This document shows positions 1 to 11,390 of a stretch of 64,000 nucleotides of DNA, piece after piece. The notes below the pieces were generated by a model, which was given only the letters and a program-made list of their open reading frames with translations, did no database searches and was not told the origin of the DNA. Numbering within the stretch: position 1 is the first letter of the stretch; every line of letters begins with the position of its first letter. The DNA comes from Macrostomum lignano (Eukaryota). The stretch spans positions 36,420 through 100,419 of the forward strand of contig NIVC01003382.1 in assembly GCA_002269645.1 (NCBI GenBank). The letters run 5' to 3'. The position numbers and the translations under genes are program-made.

Positions 1-463
1 CTGCTCTGCAAATTGTTTACACCTTTACCCTGCATCCTCTTCCATGCAATTCCAATTCCAAAAAGAGAGGAGAGAGAATTGATTAATTATGAGAGAAGAG
101 AGAGGAGAGGAGAAGGAAAAGAGTAGAAAGAAGAGAAGAGTGATAAAAAAGTGGAGATGGATGAGAAGAGTGAGGAGAGGAGAGAAGTTTTAAAGGCCGC
201 AAATCTAATTTAATACACATTTACTCCAATTTTTGTTTACCTCTATCCCCACTACTTACAAGTGTTTGTTTGAGTTTGACTTTAGATTTAAGAATGCATG
301 CAAAAACAGTTCCAGGGATCGGAATACAGCAGGCTCAAAATCCGCGGGTTTCAACAGCTCGTGTGACACAAAATTGCACATGGATTGTTAATAATTTGTG
401 TTTCATCTACTAACAGTAAAAATATGAACATTTTGCTGTCTAAATTTGGGTTAGCGGCTCGAT

Positions 464-524
464 TTCCAGAATGAGTCAGTGGGCGAGAAAATTCGAGAAG
501 CTTCCTCAGTGCCAGTCTATAAAA
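464..524 (+). promoter_or_regulatory. Heat-shock promoter of sHSP copy 1: HSE, AP-1-like site, TATA box
   Basis: GAAaaTTCgaGAAgcTTC (487-504) is a perfect 4-unit HSE; TATAAAA at 518-524; distal TTCcaGAA 464-471; TGAGTCA 472-478. Confidence 0.88.
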
Positions 525-646
525 GCGAGACAGCTGGATCCGAGAGTGAGGCAGGATTGGAGCACACAAAGCAACCGCAAGCAAAGCAACCTCAAGCAAA
601 GCGAATCAATCGCCAAACTCTATCATTTACAAGCGACACAGCAAGC

Positions 647-1459
647 ATGTCTCTGTGGATCGCACCGAGCAACGTGTACACGCCGTTCTCGCACTCTCTG
701 CCGCTCGTGGCAGCCATGAGCGAGCTGGACGACTGGCTGACGCCGGAGTATGACCCGCTGGTGCAGCTGCTGCGGCACAGAGGTCCGAGGCGACCGCGTC
801 AGTGGAGCCGGACTGTGGACCTTCGCGGCTTCTCGCCGAAGGACGTGTCGGTGAAGCGGGAGGAGCGGAAGGTGCGGGTGGTGGCGCGGCTGGAGAACGG
901 AGAGAACGTGACGGAGGTGAAGCGGACGGTGGAGCTGCCGGAGGAAGTGGACGCAGAGAAGCTGAACAGCGGCTTCACCCGGGACGGCATGCTGGTGCTG
1001 CAGGCGCCGTTCAAGGAGCAGCAGAAGCAGCAGCAGCTGAAGCAGCAGCAGCAGAAACCGCAGGGCGACTCCGTGTGGGACGAGCTGCGCGGCCTGCTGC
1101 GAGGCGACCTGCAATCTGAGGGGTCCGGCCAGCTGGTGGAGGCGGACGATGGCAGCAAGCGGTTCAAGGCGGAGCTGTCGGTGCGCGAGTTCAAGCCGGA
1201 CGAGATTCGCGTGCGACAGCAGGGCGACTGCGTGCTGGTGGAGGCGGAGCACAAGGAGGAGGCCGGCGGGCAGCGGGTCCACAAGCGGCTGGAGCGAATC
1301 TACCAGCTGCCCGACGGCACCAAGCTGGACCAGGTGGTGAGCAAGCTCAGCCACGATGGCCGGCTGTGCATCGAGGCGCCGTTCGAGGCTCCGACAGCTC
1401 GGGAGCAGCCGCAGCTGAAGGACGTTCCCATGGAAACAGAGAAGGCTAATGAACAGTGA
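647..1459 (+). CDS. Small heat shock protein (HSP20 family) with two tandem alpha-crystallin domains, intronless, 270 aa (copy 1)
   Basis: Two ACD-like repeats (VDLRGFSPKDVSVK...VKRTVELPEEVD...SGFTRDGMLVLQAP; LSVREFKPDEIRVR...LERIYQLPDG...SKLSHDGRLCIEAP) joined by a Q-rich linker, with a C-terminal V-P-M motif. The ORF-track start at 479 lies upstream of the TATA box (518-524), so the first downstream ATG (647, gcaagcATG) is taken as start; ATG 717 is an alternative. Confidence 0.93.
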   Translation: MSLWIAPSNVYTPFSHSLPLVAAMSELDDWLTPEYDPLVQLLRHRGPRRPRQWSRTVDLRGFSPKDVSVKREERKVRVVARLENGENVTEVKRTVELPEEVDAEKLNSGFTRDGMLVLQAPFKEQQKQQQLKQQQQKPQGDSVWDELRGLLRGDLQSEGSGQLVEADDGSKRFKAELSVREFKPDEIRVRQQGDCVLVEAEHKEEAGGQRVHKRLERIYQLPDGTKLDQVVSKLSHDGRLCIEAPFEAPTAREQPQLKDVPMETEKANEQ

Positions 1460-2279
1460 ACTCGCTGTGGGACATTGATATACTCCACTTTTACTAAGTC
1501 ACTTTAAGCCTGGGACAGTCATTAATTCAGTGTGAACATGCATGCAACATGCATAGTGAAATTGTACATGCATTACTATTTGTAGAAATGTTTCATTAAT
1601 TACGTACTCAATGGGTATTGTAGCAGTATCATCATCTGCATGTAATTAATTGTATATGTTGTACTTTTAAATATATGTCTGGATATTTAGTGCTTGAAAT
1701 CTTTCGTACATGCAATAATCGCATATTCTCATTATGTGATGTGATGTAAAGTGGTTTTATCACGTTTGCTTGTGCTTTTTGTAAATTAATCAATGACTAT
1801 GTATCGTACGCCAGTAATTATCACTGATGGCTAAACTATACACAAATATAATGTAAAGAGCATTTTTGCAGTCCATAGTTCAGACTAACGTATACATTTA
1901 TTTAATTACATGTAGTCTAATTCGCTTATTTTGTAAAATATATTTAAAAGTTTTTGTGATCAAAATTGATAGGCATTTGGGCGAATCTAAGACCTAGTAA
2001 CTCAAGTTTTGTAGTGATCAGTAAATTCTAAAATATGAAGTAATTTGCAAAAATTAAACGCACAACAATTCTCGACTTCATGGAGAAACTACTTATTTTT
2101 TTAATCGCTAAGCAAAACTCAATGCTCAAGCATGGTTTAGCGTAGAAGTCGACTTGATGAATTTAAAACACAATGGAGGCACACAACAAATGAAAAAATA
2201 GAACTTGTTGATCTTGTGACAGTCGAATTCAGAGGGCAGAAAATCTTGGTGAAAAAAGAAACTAAAATGAGCAAATAGC

Positions 2280-3237
2280 TTATGCCAACTTGTCTGCTTC
2301 AAGCTCATTTTCGATATCTGCTAGCAGTTCTGCTTCCCGGTTGTGGTTCGAACTTCTGCGAGCTGCCGTGTGAGCGGGAGCGGCTCCGGACATTGCCTAA
2401 AATCATTTAATTGCTTTTCCGCGGTTTTTTTCGTACTGACTGGCTACTGTTAGTAGGGTAACTAATACAGTGTATTAATCCCAGAAATGCTGGCACTGAC
2501 CGCCTGATTCGCTCGCTGTCGCCGCAAGTCCGACTTGATCACGGCTGGAAGTTGAAAGCGAGTCATTTTTATGCTCTGATATTGCTCACACTACCCATTT
2601 TGAGTGCTGCGAAGCCCAGAGCCATTGTTTCTTCTGTAAAGTGCTCAGAGCCACTACCCCAACCCCAGTGAGCACTCAGATTAGCCACTACCCCAACCCC
2701 AGTGAGCACTCAGATCAGCCACTACCCCTACCCCAGTAAGCACTCAGATCAGCCGCTCAACTCACCAGTCATAACAGAGCCGGCCACTAGCAAGCAGCAA
2801 AAAATGATATTGCCGGCCAACGTGCTGACCCGGTCCACCACCATGCGGACCACCATGGTGCAGATGATGCCCATTAGCTGAAAAAGAAACGCATTGCTCG
2901 ACAGGCTTAACAGTAGGGAATGCAGAGCCGGAAGAGACAGGGATCGTATCAATAAACACTCCCTGAGCTCTCAAACCTGTGCGGAAGCGTTGAGAATTCC
3001 GGAGGACAGGCCCTCATTCTCCGGATAGGTGATCTCGGCGGCGAATTCAAAGCCTACGGGCAGGTAGCCGGTCATGAAGAGGCCCAGCAGGAACATGGCG
3101 GCGAACACCAGCCACATGCTCGCGAGGGGCAGGGTGGCGGCGAACCCCACCGTGCTCAGGCAGGAGAGGACGTAGATGGCCAGGGTAGTGCACCTGCGGC
3201 GGGAAGGCTGCCACTGCTGCTACTTGCGCGGGATTGG

Positions 3238-3274
<37 letters not shown>

Positions 3275-3277
3275 GGC

Positions 3278-3326
<49 letters not shown>

Positions 3327-3329
3327 GGC

Positions 3330-3370
<41 letters not shown>

Positions 3371-3451
3371 GGCAGACAGACAGGCAGCAGACAGACAGAC
3401 AGACAGACAGGCAGACAGACAGACAGACAGACAGGCAGACAGACAGGCAGC

Positions 3452-3488
<37 letters not shown>

Positions 3489-3506
3489 GGCAGACAGACA
3501 GGCAGC

Positions 3507-3559
<53 letters not shown>

Positions 3560-3581
3560 GGCAGACAGACAGACAGGCAGC

Positions 3582-3618
<37 letters not shown>

Positions 3619-6600
3619 CATAGACAGGCAAATACTATGGCAGAATAGCATACTTGAAAGCCTTAGTCTTGCCGAGCACAATGCCAGCCAGCACGGATCC
3701 GAGAATTCCGGCAGCAATCATAGTAAATCCGGCCCAGCCTACTTGCTGCTCGATGTCAGTAGTCAGTGTAGCATTTACATCAGCTTTCTGAAATGTATGT
3801 CAACAAGAAATCAACGGAATGCAGATCCAGTGTGGCCGATTACGCTATCAAGAAAATGTCTTCGGTGACGCGTTGGCCTGCTCACCCGCATCTCTGGCAC
3901 AATAATCGGATTGAGCAGAGTTGACAAGGCATAGTAGGTGCCGGTGTTGAGACCTGCGCGTTTGTTTGAAGAAAAATAATAATCGGCAGTACGGATGCGT
4001 CAGCCACACTCGGTTCGGAAGGGATTATTAATCATATATTTCTACATGCATGCATCTGCTTCCCATTTCATGCCAGGCTGGAAAAGTCTGGAAAATCCAT
4101 TAACTCTATTATTCTGCACCTTTCCTGGCCGTTGGATCAAACAGTAAAAAGTAAAAGTCCCTGGGGAACTTTTCTGCTAGTTTCAATTTCGTGTTGTATT
4201 TCATCAACTCGGATGGAAGTGGAGAAGACCAAAGCATACAAAATTAGCTGAAAAGGCATTTGTTGTTTCTCACGGTGTTCGACTTAGTTGATTCAAATGG
4301 TGAAAATGTAAACTTCCTGTCTAGAGAGAGTTTCAGATTGCAACTCTGCCGCATAGCCATGTCACTATTCCTTCCTGTCTGTCCTCAGCATTACTGCCTG
4401 TCTGCAGCCTTCCTGTCCTCAGCATTACTGTCTGTCTGCAGCCTTCCTGTCCTCAGCATTACTGTCTGTCTGCAGTCTTCCTGTCCTCAGCATTACTGTC
4501 TGTCTGCAGCCTTCCTGTCCTCAGCATTACTGTCTGTCTGCAGCCTTCCTGTCCTCAGCATTACTGTCTGTCTGCAGCCTTCCTGTCCTCAGCATTACTG
4601 TCTGTCTGCAGCCTTCCTGTCCTCAGCATTACTGTCTGTCTGCAGTCTTCCTGTCCTCAGCATTACTGTCTGTCTGCAGCCTTCCTGTCCTCAGCATTAC
4701 TGTCTGTCTGCAGCCTTCCTGTCCTCAGCATTACTGTCTGTCTGCAGCCTTCCTGTCCTCAACAGTCCTGTCTGTCTGCAGCCTTCCTGTCCTCAGCATT
4801 ACTGTCTGTCTGCAGCCTTCCTGTCCTCAGCGTTACTGTCTGTCTGCAGCCTTCCTGTCCTCAACAGTCCTGTCTGTCTCCAGCCTTCCTGTCCTCAGCA
4901 TTACTGTCTGTCTGCAGCCTTCCTGTCCTCAGCATTACTGTCTGTCTGCAGCCTTCCTGTCCTCAGCATTACTGTCTGTCTGCAGCCTTCCTGTCCTCAG
5001 CGTTACTGTCTGTCTGCAGCCTTCCTGTCCTCAACAGTCCTGTCTGTCTCCAGCCTTCCTGTCCTCAGCATTACTGTCTGTCTGCAGCCTTCCTGTCCTT
5101 AGCATTACTGTCTGTCTGCAGCCTTCCTGTCCTCAGCATTACTGTCTGTCTGCAGCCTTCCTGTCCTCAGCATTACTGTCCGTCTGCAGCCTTCCTGTCC
5201 TTAGCATTACTGTCCGTCTGCAGCCTTCCTGTCCTTAGCATTACTGTCTGTCTGCAGCCTTCCTGTCCTCAGCATTACTGTCTGTCTGCAGCCTTCCTGT
5301 CCTCAGCATTACTGTCTTCTGCAGCCTTCCTCTCCGTCAGCATTACTGTCTGTCTCCAGCCTTCATGTCCTCAGCATTACTGTCTGTCTGCAGCCTTCCT
5401 GTCCTCAGCATTACTGTCTGTCTGCAGCCTTCCTGTCCTCAGCGTTACTGTCTGTCTGCAGCCTTCCTGTCCTCAACAGTCCTGTCTGTCTCCAGCCTTC
5501 CTGTCCTCAGCATTACTGTCTGTCTGCAGCCTTCCTGTCCTCAGCATTACTGTCTTCTGCAGCCTTCCTCTCCGTCAGCATTACTGTCTGTCTCCAGCCT
5601 TCATGTCCTCAGCATTACTGTCTGTCTGCAGCCTTCTTCTCCGTCAGCAGCCAGCAACTCACCATAGGAGACGGTCAGCAGCACGAATCCCGGATTCGAC
5701 GCCAGACGCTTCAGCGACCCCGTGTAGGAGCTACCGACGCCGCCGCCGCCTCCGCCTCCGCCGCTGATGACCCCGCCGCCGCCGATCCGGGCGATGCTGG
5801 CAAGGCTGCCGAACGTCTGCGACGCCCGCACGGACGCTGGCGCCACCGGCGGCTGCTCGCCATTCAGCAGCACCGCTGCATCCAACCGTCGGGCTATTGT
5901 CGGCGGAGTCGGCGGGCCCTCCTTGAACATGGCAACCACGAGGCCGAGCAGCAGGCCGGTGACCGCGGCGCCGCCGATGTACATAGCCAGCAACTGGCCG
6001 CCCATGTCTTCGACGGTGCCGCGGGACACGAACAGCGGCGGCACAACAAAGCCGACTGCCACGCCCAGCTGGTTGCCGAAGACGCCCAGCGCGGTGGCCG
6101 TTGGCAGCTCGTCGAGGCCGAACCAGGCGGCCGCCAGCGGGGCCGGCATGCCCAGGATGAAGTTCTGCGCGATGGCGCACAGAATCTGGGCGTGAGGGGG
6201 AGGGCATTTAGGGACGGGCATTAAGAAGCAAACTTTGAAATACACTGTCGAGATGGGCAGATGAAAGAAACTGCATTCAATAACTTTACTAACCATTCTC
6301 GGGAAATCTTGGGTCAAATGGCAGATATCAATGACTGCTAGACCATTATCTGAGAGCGAAAAAGGCTGGATAGAAAATTCTGATCGCAGTCGTTTTCTAC
6401 AATTCCAGCTCGTATTCTACAGCTCGTATTCTAGAGTTCCAGCTCGTATTCTAGAGTTTCAGCTCGTATTCTAGAGTTCCATCTCGTATTCTAGAGTTCC
6501 AGCTCGTATTCTAGAGTTTCATCTCGTATTCTAGAGTTCCATCTCGTATTCTAGAGTTCCAGCTCGTATTCTAGAGTTTCATCTCGTATTCTAGAGTTCC

Positions 6601-9600
6601 ATCTCGTATTCTAGAGTTCCAGCTCGTATTCTAGAGTTCCAGCTCGTATTCTAGAGTTCCAGCTCGTATTCTAGAGTTCCAGCTCGTATTCTAGAGTTCC
6701 AGCTCGTATTCTAGAGTTCCAGCTCGTATTCTAGAGTTCCAGCTCGTATTCTAGAGTTCCAGCTCGTATTCTAGAGTTCCAGCTCGTATTCTAGAGTTTC
6801 AGCTCGTATTCTAGAGTTCCAGCTCGTATTCTAGAGTTCCATCTCGTATTCTAGAGTTCCAGCTCGTATTCTAGAGTTCCAGCTCGTATTCTAGAGTTCC
6901 ATCTCGTATTCTAGAGTTCCAGCTCGTATTCTAGAGTTTCAGCTCGTATTCTAGAGTTTCAGCTCGTATTCTAGAGTTCCATCTCGTATTCTAGAGTTCC
7001 AGCTCGTATTCTAGAGTTTCAGCTCGTATTCTAGAGTTTCAGCTCGTATTCTAGAGTTCCATCTCGTATTCTAGAGTTCCAGCTCGTATTCTAGAGTTCC
7101 AGCTCGTATTCTAGAGTTCCATCTCGTATTCTAGAGTTCCAGCTCGTATTCTAGAGTTCCATCTCGTATTCTAGAGTTCCAGCTCGTATTCTAGAGTTCC
7201 ATCTCGTATTCTAGAGTTCCATCTCGTATTCTAGAGTTCCAGCTCGTATTCTAGAGTTCCAGCTCGTATTCTAGAGTTCCAGCTCGTATTCTAGAGTTCC
7301 AGCTCGTATTCTAGAGTTCCATCTCGTATTCTAGAGTTCCAGCTCGTATTCTAGAGTTTCAGCTCGTATTCTAGAGTTTCAGCTCGTATTCTAGAGTTCC
7401 AGCTCGTATTCTAGAGTTCCAGCTCGTATTCTAGAGTTTCAGCTCGTATTCTAGAGTTCCAGCTCGTATTCTAGAGTTCCATCTCGTATTCTAGAGTTCC
7501 AGCTCGTATTCTAGAGTTCCAGCTCGTATTCTAGAGTTCCATCTCGTATTCTAGAGTTCCAGCTCGTATTCTAGAGTTTCAGCTCGTATTCTAGAGTTTC
7601 AGCTCGTATTCTAGAGTTCCATCTCGTATTCTAGAGTTCCATCTCGTATTCTAGAGTTCCATCTCGTATTCTAGAGTTCCAGCTATATACTTACCTGCCT
7701 CGTGTCATGCAAAATCATTAATCTTTTGTTGAGATTCGGGAAAAGTACAATGTCCAGTTTTACTTCAGCGGTCCTTTTTACAACTTTTTAAAACGAGGCC
7801 AAATCAATTAAGAACTACTGATGTTCTACGAGCTAAAATTCATATTTCCGAGCACAAGATCGATGGCCTTGAAAAATTTCGTCAAGATAACTTCCTGTAT
7901 TGCATGCACCACACGGTGCAACATTAGCAGCGACCAGGCACCGTAAAAGGCAGGCCTAGTGTTCTATAAATAGATCACCGATGTAAAGGAAAAGGCGCAC
8001 CCACAGATGCAGATTGGAAACATGAAAAGGACTCAATGCCCGCCTGCACAACCGGTCAGACTTTTTCCACTAAAGAAAAGTATGATTGTGTAGAAATTCA
8101 GACAGAAAGCAAAGAACAGCTCATCAAAGACTCCATCAGTGCTCTCACCTGATGCAAGAACAACTCAACACAAAGACTCCATCCAGTGCTCTCACCTGAT
8201 GCAAGAACAGCTCAACACAAAGACTCCATCCAGTGCTCTCACCTGATGCAAGAACAGCTCAACACAAAGACTCCATCCAGTGCTCTCACCTGATGCAAGA
8301 ACAACTCAACACAAAGACTCCATCAGTGCTCTCACCTGATGCAAGAACAACTCAACACAAAGACTCCATCAGTGCTCTCACCTGATGCAAGAACAACTCA
8401 ACACAAAGACTCCATCAGTGCTCTCACCTGATGCAAGAACAACTCAACACAAAGACTCCATCAGTGCTCTCACCTGATGCAAGAACAACTCAACACAAAG
8501 ACTCCATCAGTGCTCTCACCTGATGCAAGAACAACTCAACACAAAGACTCCATCAGTGCTCTCACCTGATGCAAGAACAACTCAACACAAAGACTCCATC
8601 CAGTGCTCTCACCTGATGCAAGAACAACTCAACACAAAGACTCCATCAGTGCTCTCACCTGATGCAAGAACAACTCAACACAAAGACTCCATCAGTGCTC
8701 TCACCTGATGCAAGAACAACTCAACACAAAAACTCCATCAGTGATCTCACCTGGCTCAAGAACAACCCAACAAAGACTCCATCTGTGCTCTCACCTGGCT
8801 CAAGAACAACCCAACAAAGACTCCATCTGTGCTCTCACCTGGCTCAAGAACAACCCAACAAAGACTCCATCAGTGCTCTCACCTGATGCAAGAACAACTC
8901 AACACAAAAACTCCATCAGTGATCTCACCTGGCTCAAGAACAACCCAACAAAGACTCCATCTGTGCTCTCACCTGGCTCAAGAACGACCCAACAAAGACT
9001 CCATCAGTGCTCTCACCTGATGCAAGAACAACTCAACACAAAAACTCCATCAGTGATCTCACCTGGCTCAAGAACAACCCAACAAAGACTCCATCAGTGC
9101 TCTCACCTGGCTCAAGAACAACCCAACAAAGACTCCATCAGTGCTCTCACCTGATGCAAGAACAACTCAACACAAAGACTCCATCAGTGATCTCACCTGG
9201 CTCAAGAACAACCCAACAAAGACTCCATCAGTGCTCTCACCTGGCTCAAGAACAACGCAACAAAGACTCCATCAGTGCTCTCACCTGGCTCAAGAACAAC
9301 CCAACAAAGACTCCATCAGTGATCTCACCTGGCTCAAGAACAACGCAACAAAGACTCCATCAGTGCTCTCACCTGGCTCAAGAACAACCCAACAAAGACT
9401 CCATCAGTGCTCTCACCTGGCTCAAGAACAACCCAACAAAGACTCCATCAGTGCTCTCACCTGGCTCAAGAACAACCCAACAAAGACTCCATCAGTGCTC
9501 TCACCTGGCTCAAGAACAACCCAACAAAGACTCCATCAGTGCTCTCACCTGGCTCAAGAACAACCCAACAAAGACTCCATCAGTGCTCTCACCTGGCTCA

Positions 9601-10278
9601 AGAACAACCCAACAAAGACTCCATCAGTGCTCTCACCTGGCTCAAGAACAAGCAACAAAGAATCCATCAGTGCTCTCACCTGGCTCAAGAACAACCCAAC
9701 AAAGACTCCATCAGTGCTCTCACCTGGCCCAAGAACAGCAGCCAGAAGCGGTCTGGCGCGGCAGCGAAGCACTTGACGAGAGCGCCAGCAAAGTTGAGCG
9801 AGGTCGCGCAGATCGCCGACACTCGCAGCCCGAATCGCTGCAGCAGCCAGGCGGCCGGCAGGATGAAGACCACATAGGCGAGCATGTAGATCATGGACAG
9901 CCAGTCGATGGCCAGATTGGCCTCAGTGGAATCGGCCGGCAGAGATTCGTTATAATAAGACAGCACAACGTCAAACACGATGTTGAGGTGAATCCACTGG
10001 TAGGCGCTGGACATTGAGTAGCTGCTGAACAGCAGCAGCACCAGCCAGCGCCGACGGTACAGGTGCGCCGCCGCCGCGCCGCCTCCGTTCTGGCCGGACT
10101 TCCTGACTGCCGACGACGACGCCTCGTCAACGTTGTCGTCTTCATCATCGTCGTCGACAAGCAGATTGTCGCCGCTGCTGCCACCGTTAGCTAACGGAAG
10201 CAGTTGGCTTTCGTCCCGGCGGTGCGGCTCATTGCTGCTTCTGCTGCTGCTGTTGTTGGCTTCGTCTGTCGAACTCAT
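2280..10278 (-). CDS. FLVCR: FLVCR-like major facilitator superfamily transporter (heme/choline/ethanolamine transporter family), 8 exons, about 589 aa
   Basis: Exons 10278-9724, 6185-5663, 3953-3886, 3787-3654, 3193-2977, 2877-2766, 2544-2501, 2396-2280; all GT-AG and phase-consistent (1770 nt). Family motifs: [102 protein letters not shown]. Confidence 0.9.
2641..2752. repeat. About 3 copies of a 34-bp unit in FLVCR intron 6
   Basis: ccactaccccaaccccagtgagcactcagatcag repeated, starting about 15 nt inside the donor at 2765. Confidence 0.8.
3238..3630. repeat. (CAGA)n microsatellite filling FLVCR intron 4
   Basis: Direct inspection; it generates the spurious TDRQ/VCLS ORFs. Confidence 0.97.
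4371..5640. repeat. 34-bp minisatellite (about 37 copies) in FLVCR intron 2
   Basis: Unit cagccttcctgtcctcagcattactgtctgtctg; period 34 verified (4501 vs 4535); begins about 20 nt from the donor at 5662. Confidence 0.97.
6405..7684. repeat. 20-bp minisatellite (about 64 copies) in FLVCR intron 1
   Basis: Unit agctcgtattctagagttcc, with a TCTAGA site in nearly every unit. Confidence 0.97.
8120..9735. repeat. 44/46-bp minisatellite (about 36 copies) built from the FLVCR exon-1/intron-1 junction
   Basis: Minus-strand unit gttcttgagccag|GTGAGAgcactgatggagtctttgttgggtt; the terminal copy is the real exon end (ttcttgggccag|gtgagag at 9724). 44-bp variant lies next to the exon, 46-bp variant distally. 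Confidence 0.95.
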
Positions 10279-11129
10279 CGTTGGCCGAGCGGTCACTGCA
10301 CCGCATCAAGGCAAAGAAATTAACCTGCACCAAATCTTATGACAATAGTATACAGTTTGAAACGAGCGTACACTATAAATATAATGCTTAGTATATTAGT
10401 ACGAAGTAGCTATCCATCATTATCTTTGTTAAAGAGCGCGAGATGCAGAGAACAGTTTAAAAAAGTTATACAATAGGCCATTGTACTAGAAGCATTTCAC
10501 TCAACGCCTATAGAAGAAGAGAAGTATTCGAATAGCATATACCTGATGGGTGATGGTGATGATGAGGTGCTATAGTTAAAACAACAAAGCAACGGTCTGT
10601 GTACAATAGAAAGAGCACACATACACAAAACAGGCAGTACACAGAGGCTTACAGTGCAGCAGGCCGCGCTCAAGACCGGAAATAACTGGAGGAGAATTGC
10701 TAGATATGCATGCCAAGCTGGAAAGTGCGCCAGTATTTAAATAGAGATGAAGAATGGGGGAGGAGGTTGGACCAGCATCGCCCCCAATAGCGGCAGAGAG
10801 AAGTGGAGACAGATAAATAGAGGGCGAGGGCAGCGGCAATGTACTCGGGAGTCTTCAGCCTTCCCCACCAGTTCTTCCAGAGCAGCATTTGCGTATACTA
10901 TAAGCTGCTCACTATAGCGCTGCCTCCCCACCCTGGCATCCAGGCCTCTCCGCAGGGGACGCTGCGAATACTGCAGTAGATTAAAATAATGCAGTGATAG
11001 AAAAGCAATTAATGACTGGCCTGAACTTTATAAATAAATTCTTACTGATAATATTTTCGGTTGAGTTTCTTTCAGTTCGTAGGAATTTAGAAAATCGAGA
11101 AAAATAGACCAATCAAAATATTCGCAGAA

Positions 11130-11326
11130 GGGCTGTGGTGCACCCTGGTGCCCATTCCACTGACGGACACATTTTTGCGTCAATTCTGTACGCTTACATA
11201 CACACGCTCACACGGTGATCAGCGGCGGACAACCCCCCCCCGCAGATTTTGCACACAAGCCCAAATGGTCACACACGGAATCAAACCAAGAGTCTGACGC
11301 GTTTACCACTGAGCTGCTCAGCCCTC
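11130..11326 (-). mobile_element. tRNA-derived SINE fragment
   Basis: Minus strand shows A box (AGCTCAGTGGT, 11315-11305) and B box (GGTTTGATTCC, 11287-11277). It shares GTGCACCCTGG and CACRCTCACAC motifs with the SINE at 58690-59058. Confidence 0.6.
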
Positions 11327-11390
11327 AAACTTTGCATAACTGGCGCAGTCATTTTTCGTGAAGATTTCCTTCATTCATGACATTCGTGAA

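Noticed and set aside
479-646. N-terminal extension of the sHSP ORF (MGEKIREASS...), also 51714-51547 in copy 2
   Set aside because: Starts at GTG upstream of, and runs through, the HSE and TATA box; promoter and 5' UTR, not coding.
623-1354. Long antisense ORFs over both sHSP genes
   Set aside because: Shadow frames of GC-rich CAG/CTG-biased coding sequence.
3047-3868. TDRQ/VCLS, IYLS/INQS, PLVLA, SQRGS and similar repeat-peptide ORFs throughout the window
   Set aside because: Stop-free translations of micro- and minisatellites located inside introns defined by phase-consistent exons.
6405-7684. 20-bp array as a multimerised heat-shock element
   Set aside because: TTCTAGAG gives only one imperfect nTTCnnGAAn pair per unit, and spacing does not continue the 5-bp alternation.
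10700-10931. Short ORFs upstream of FLVCR
   Set aside because: No recognisable motif or phase-compatible splice path; probably 5' UTR or promoter region (a donor at about 10541 and acceptor at about 10297 suggest a non-coding first exon).
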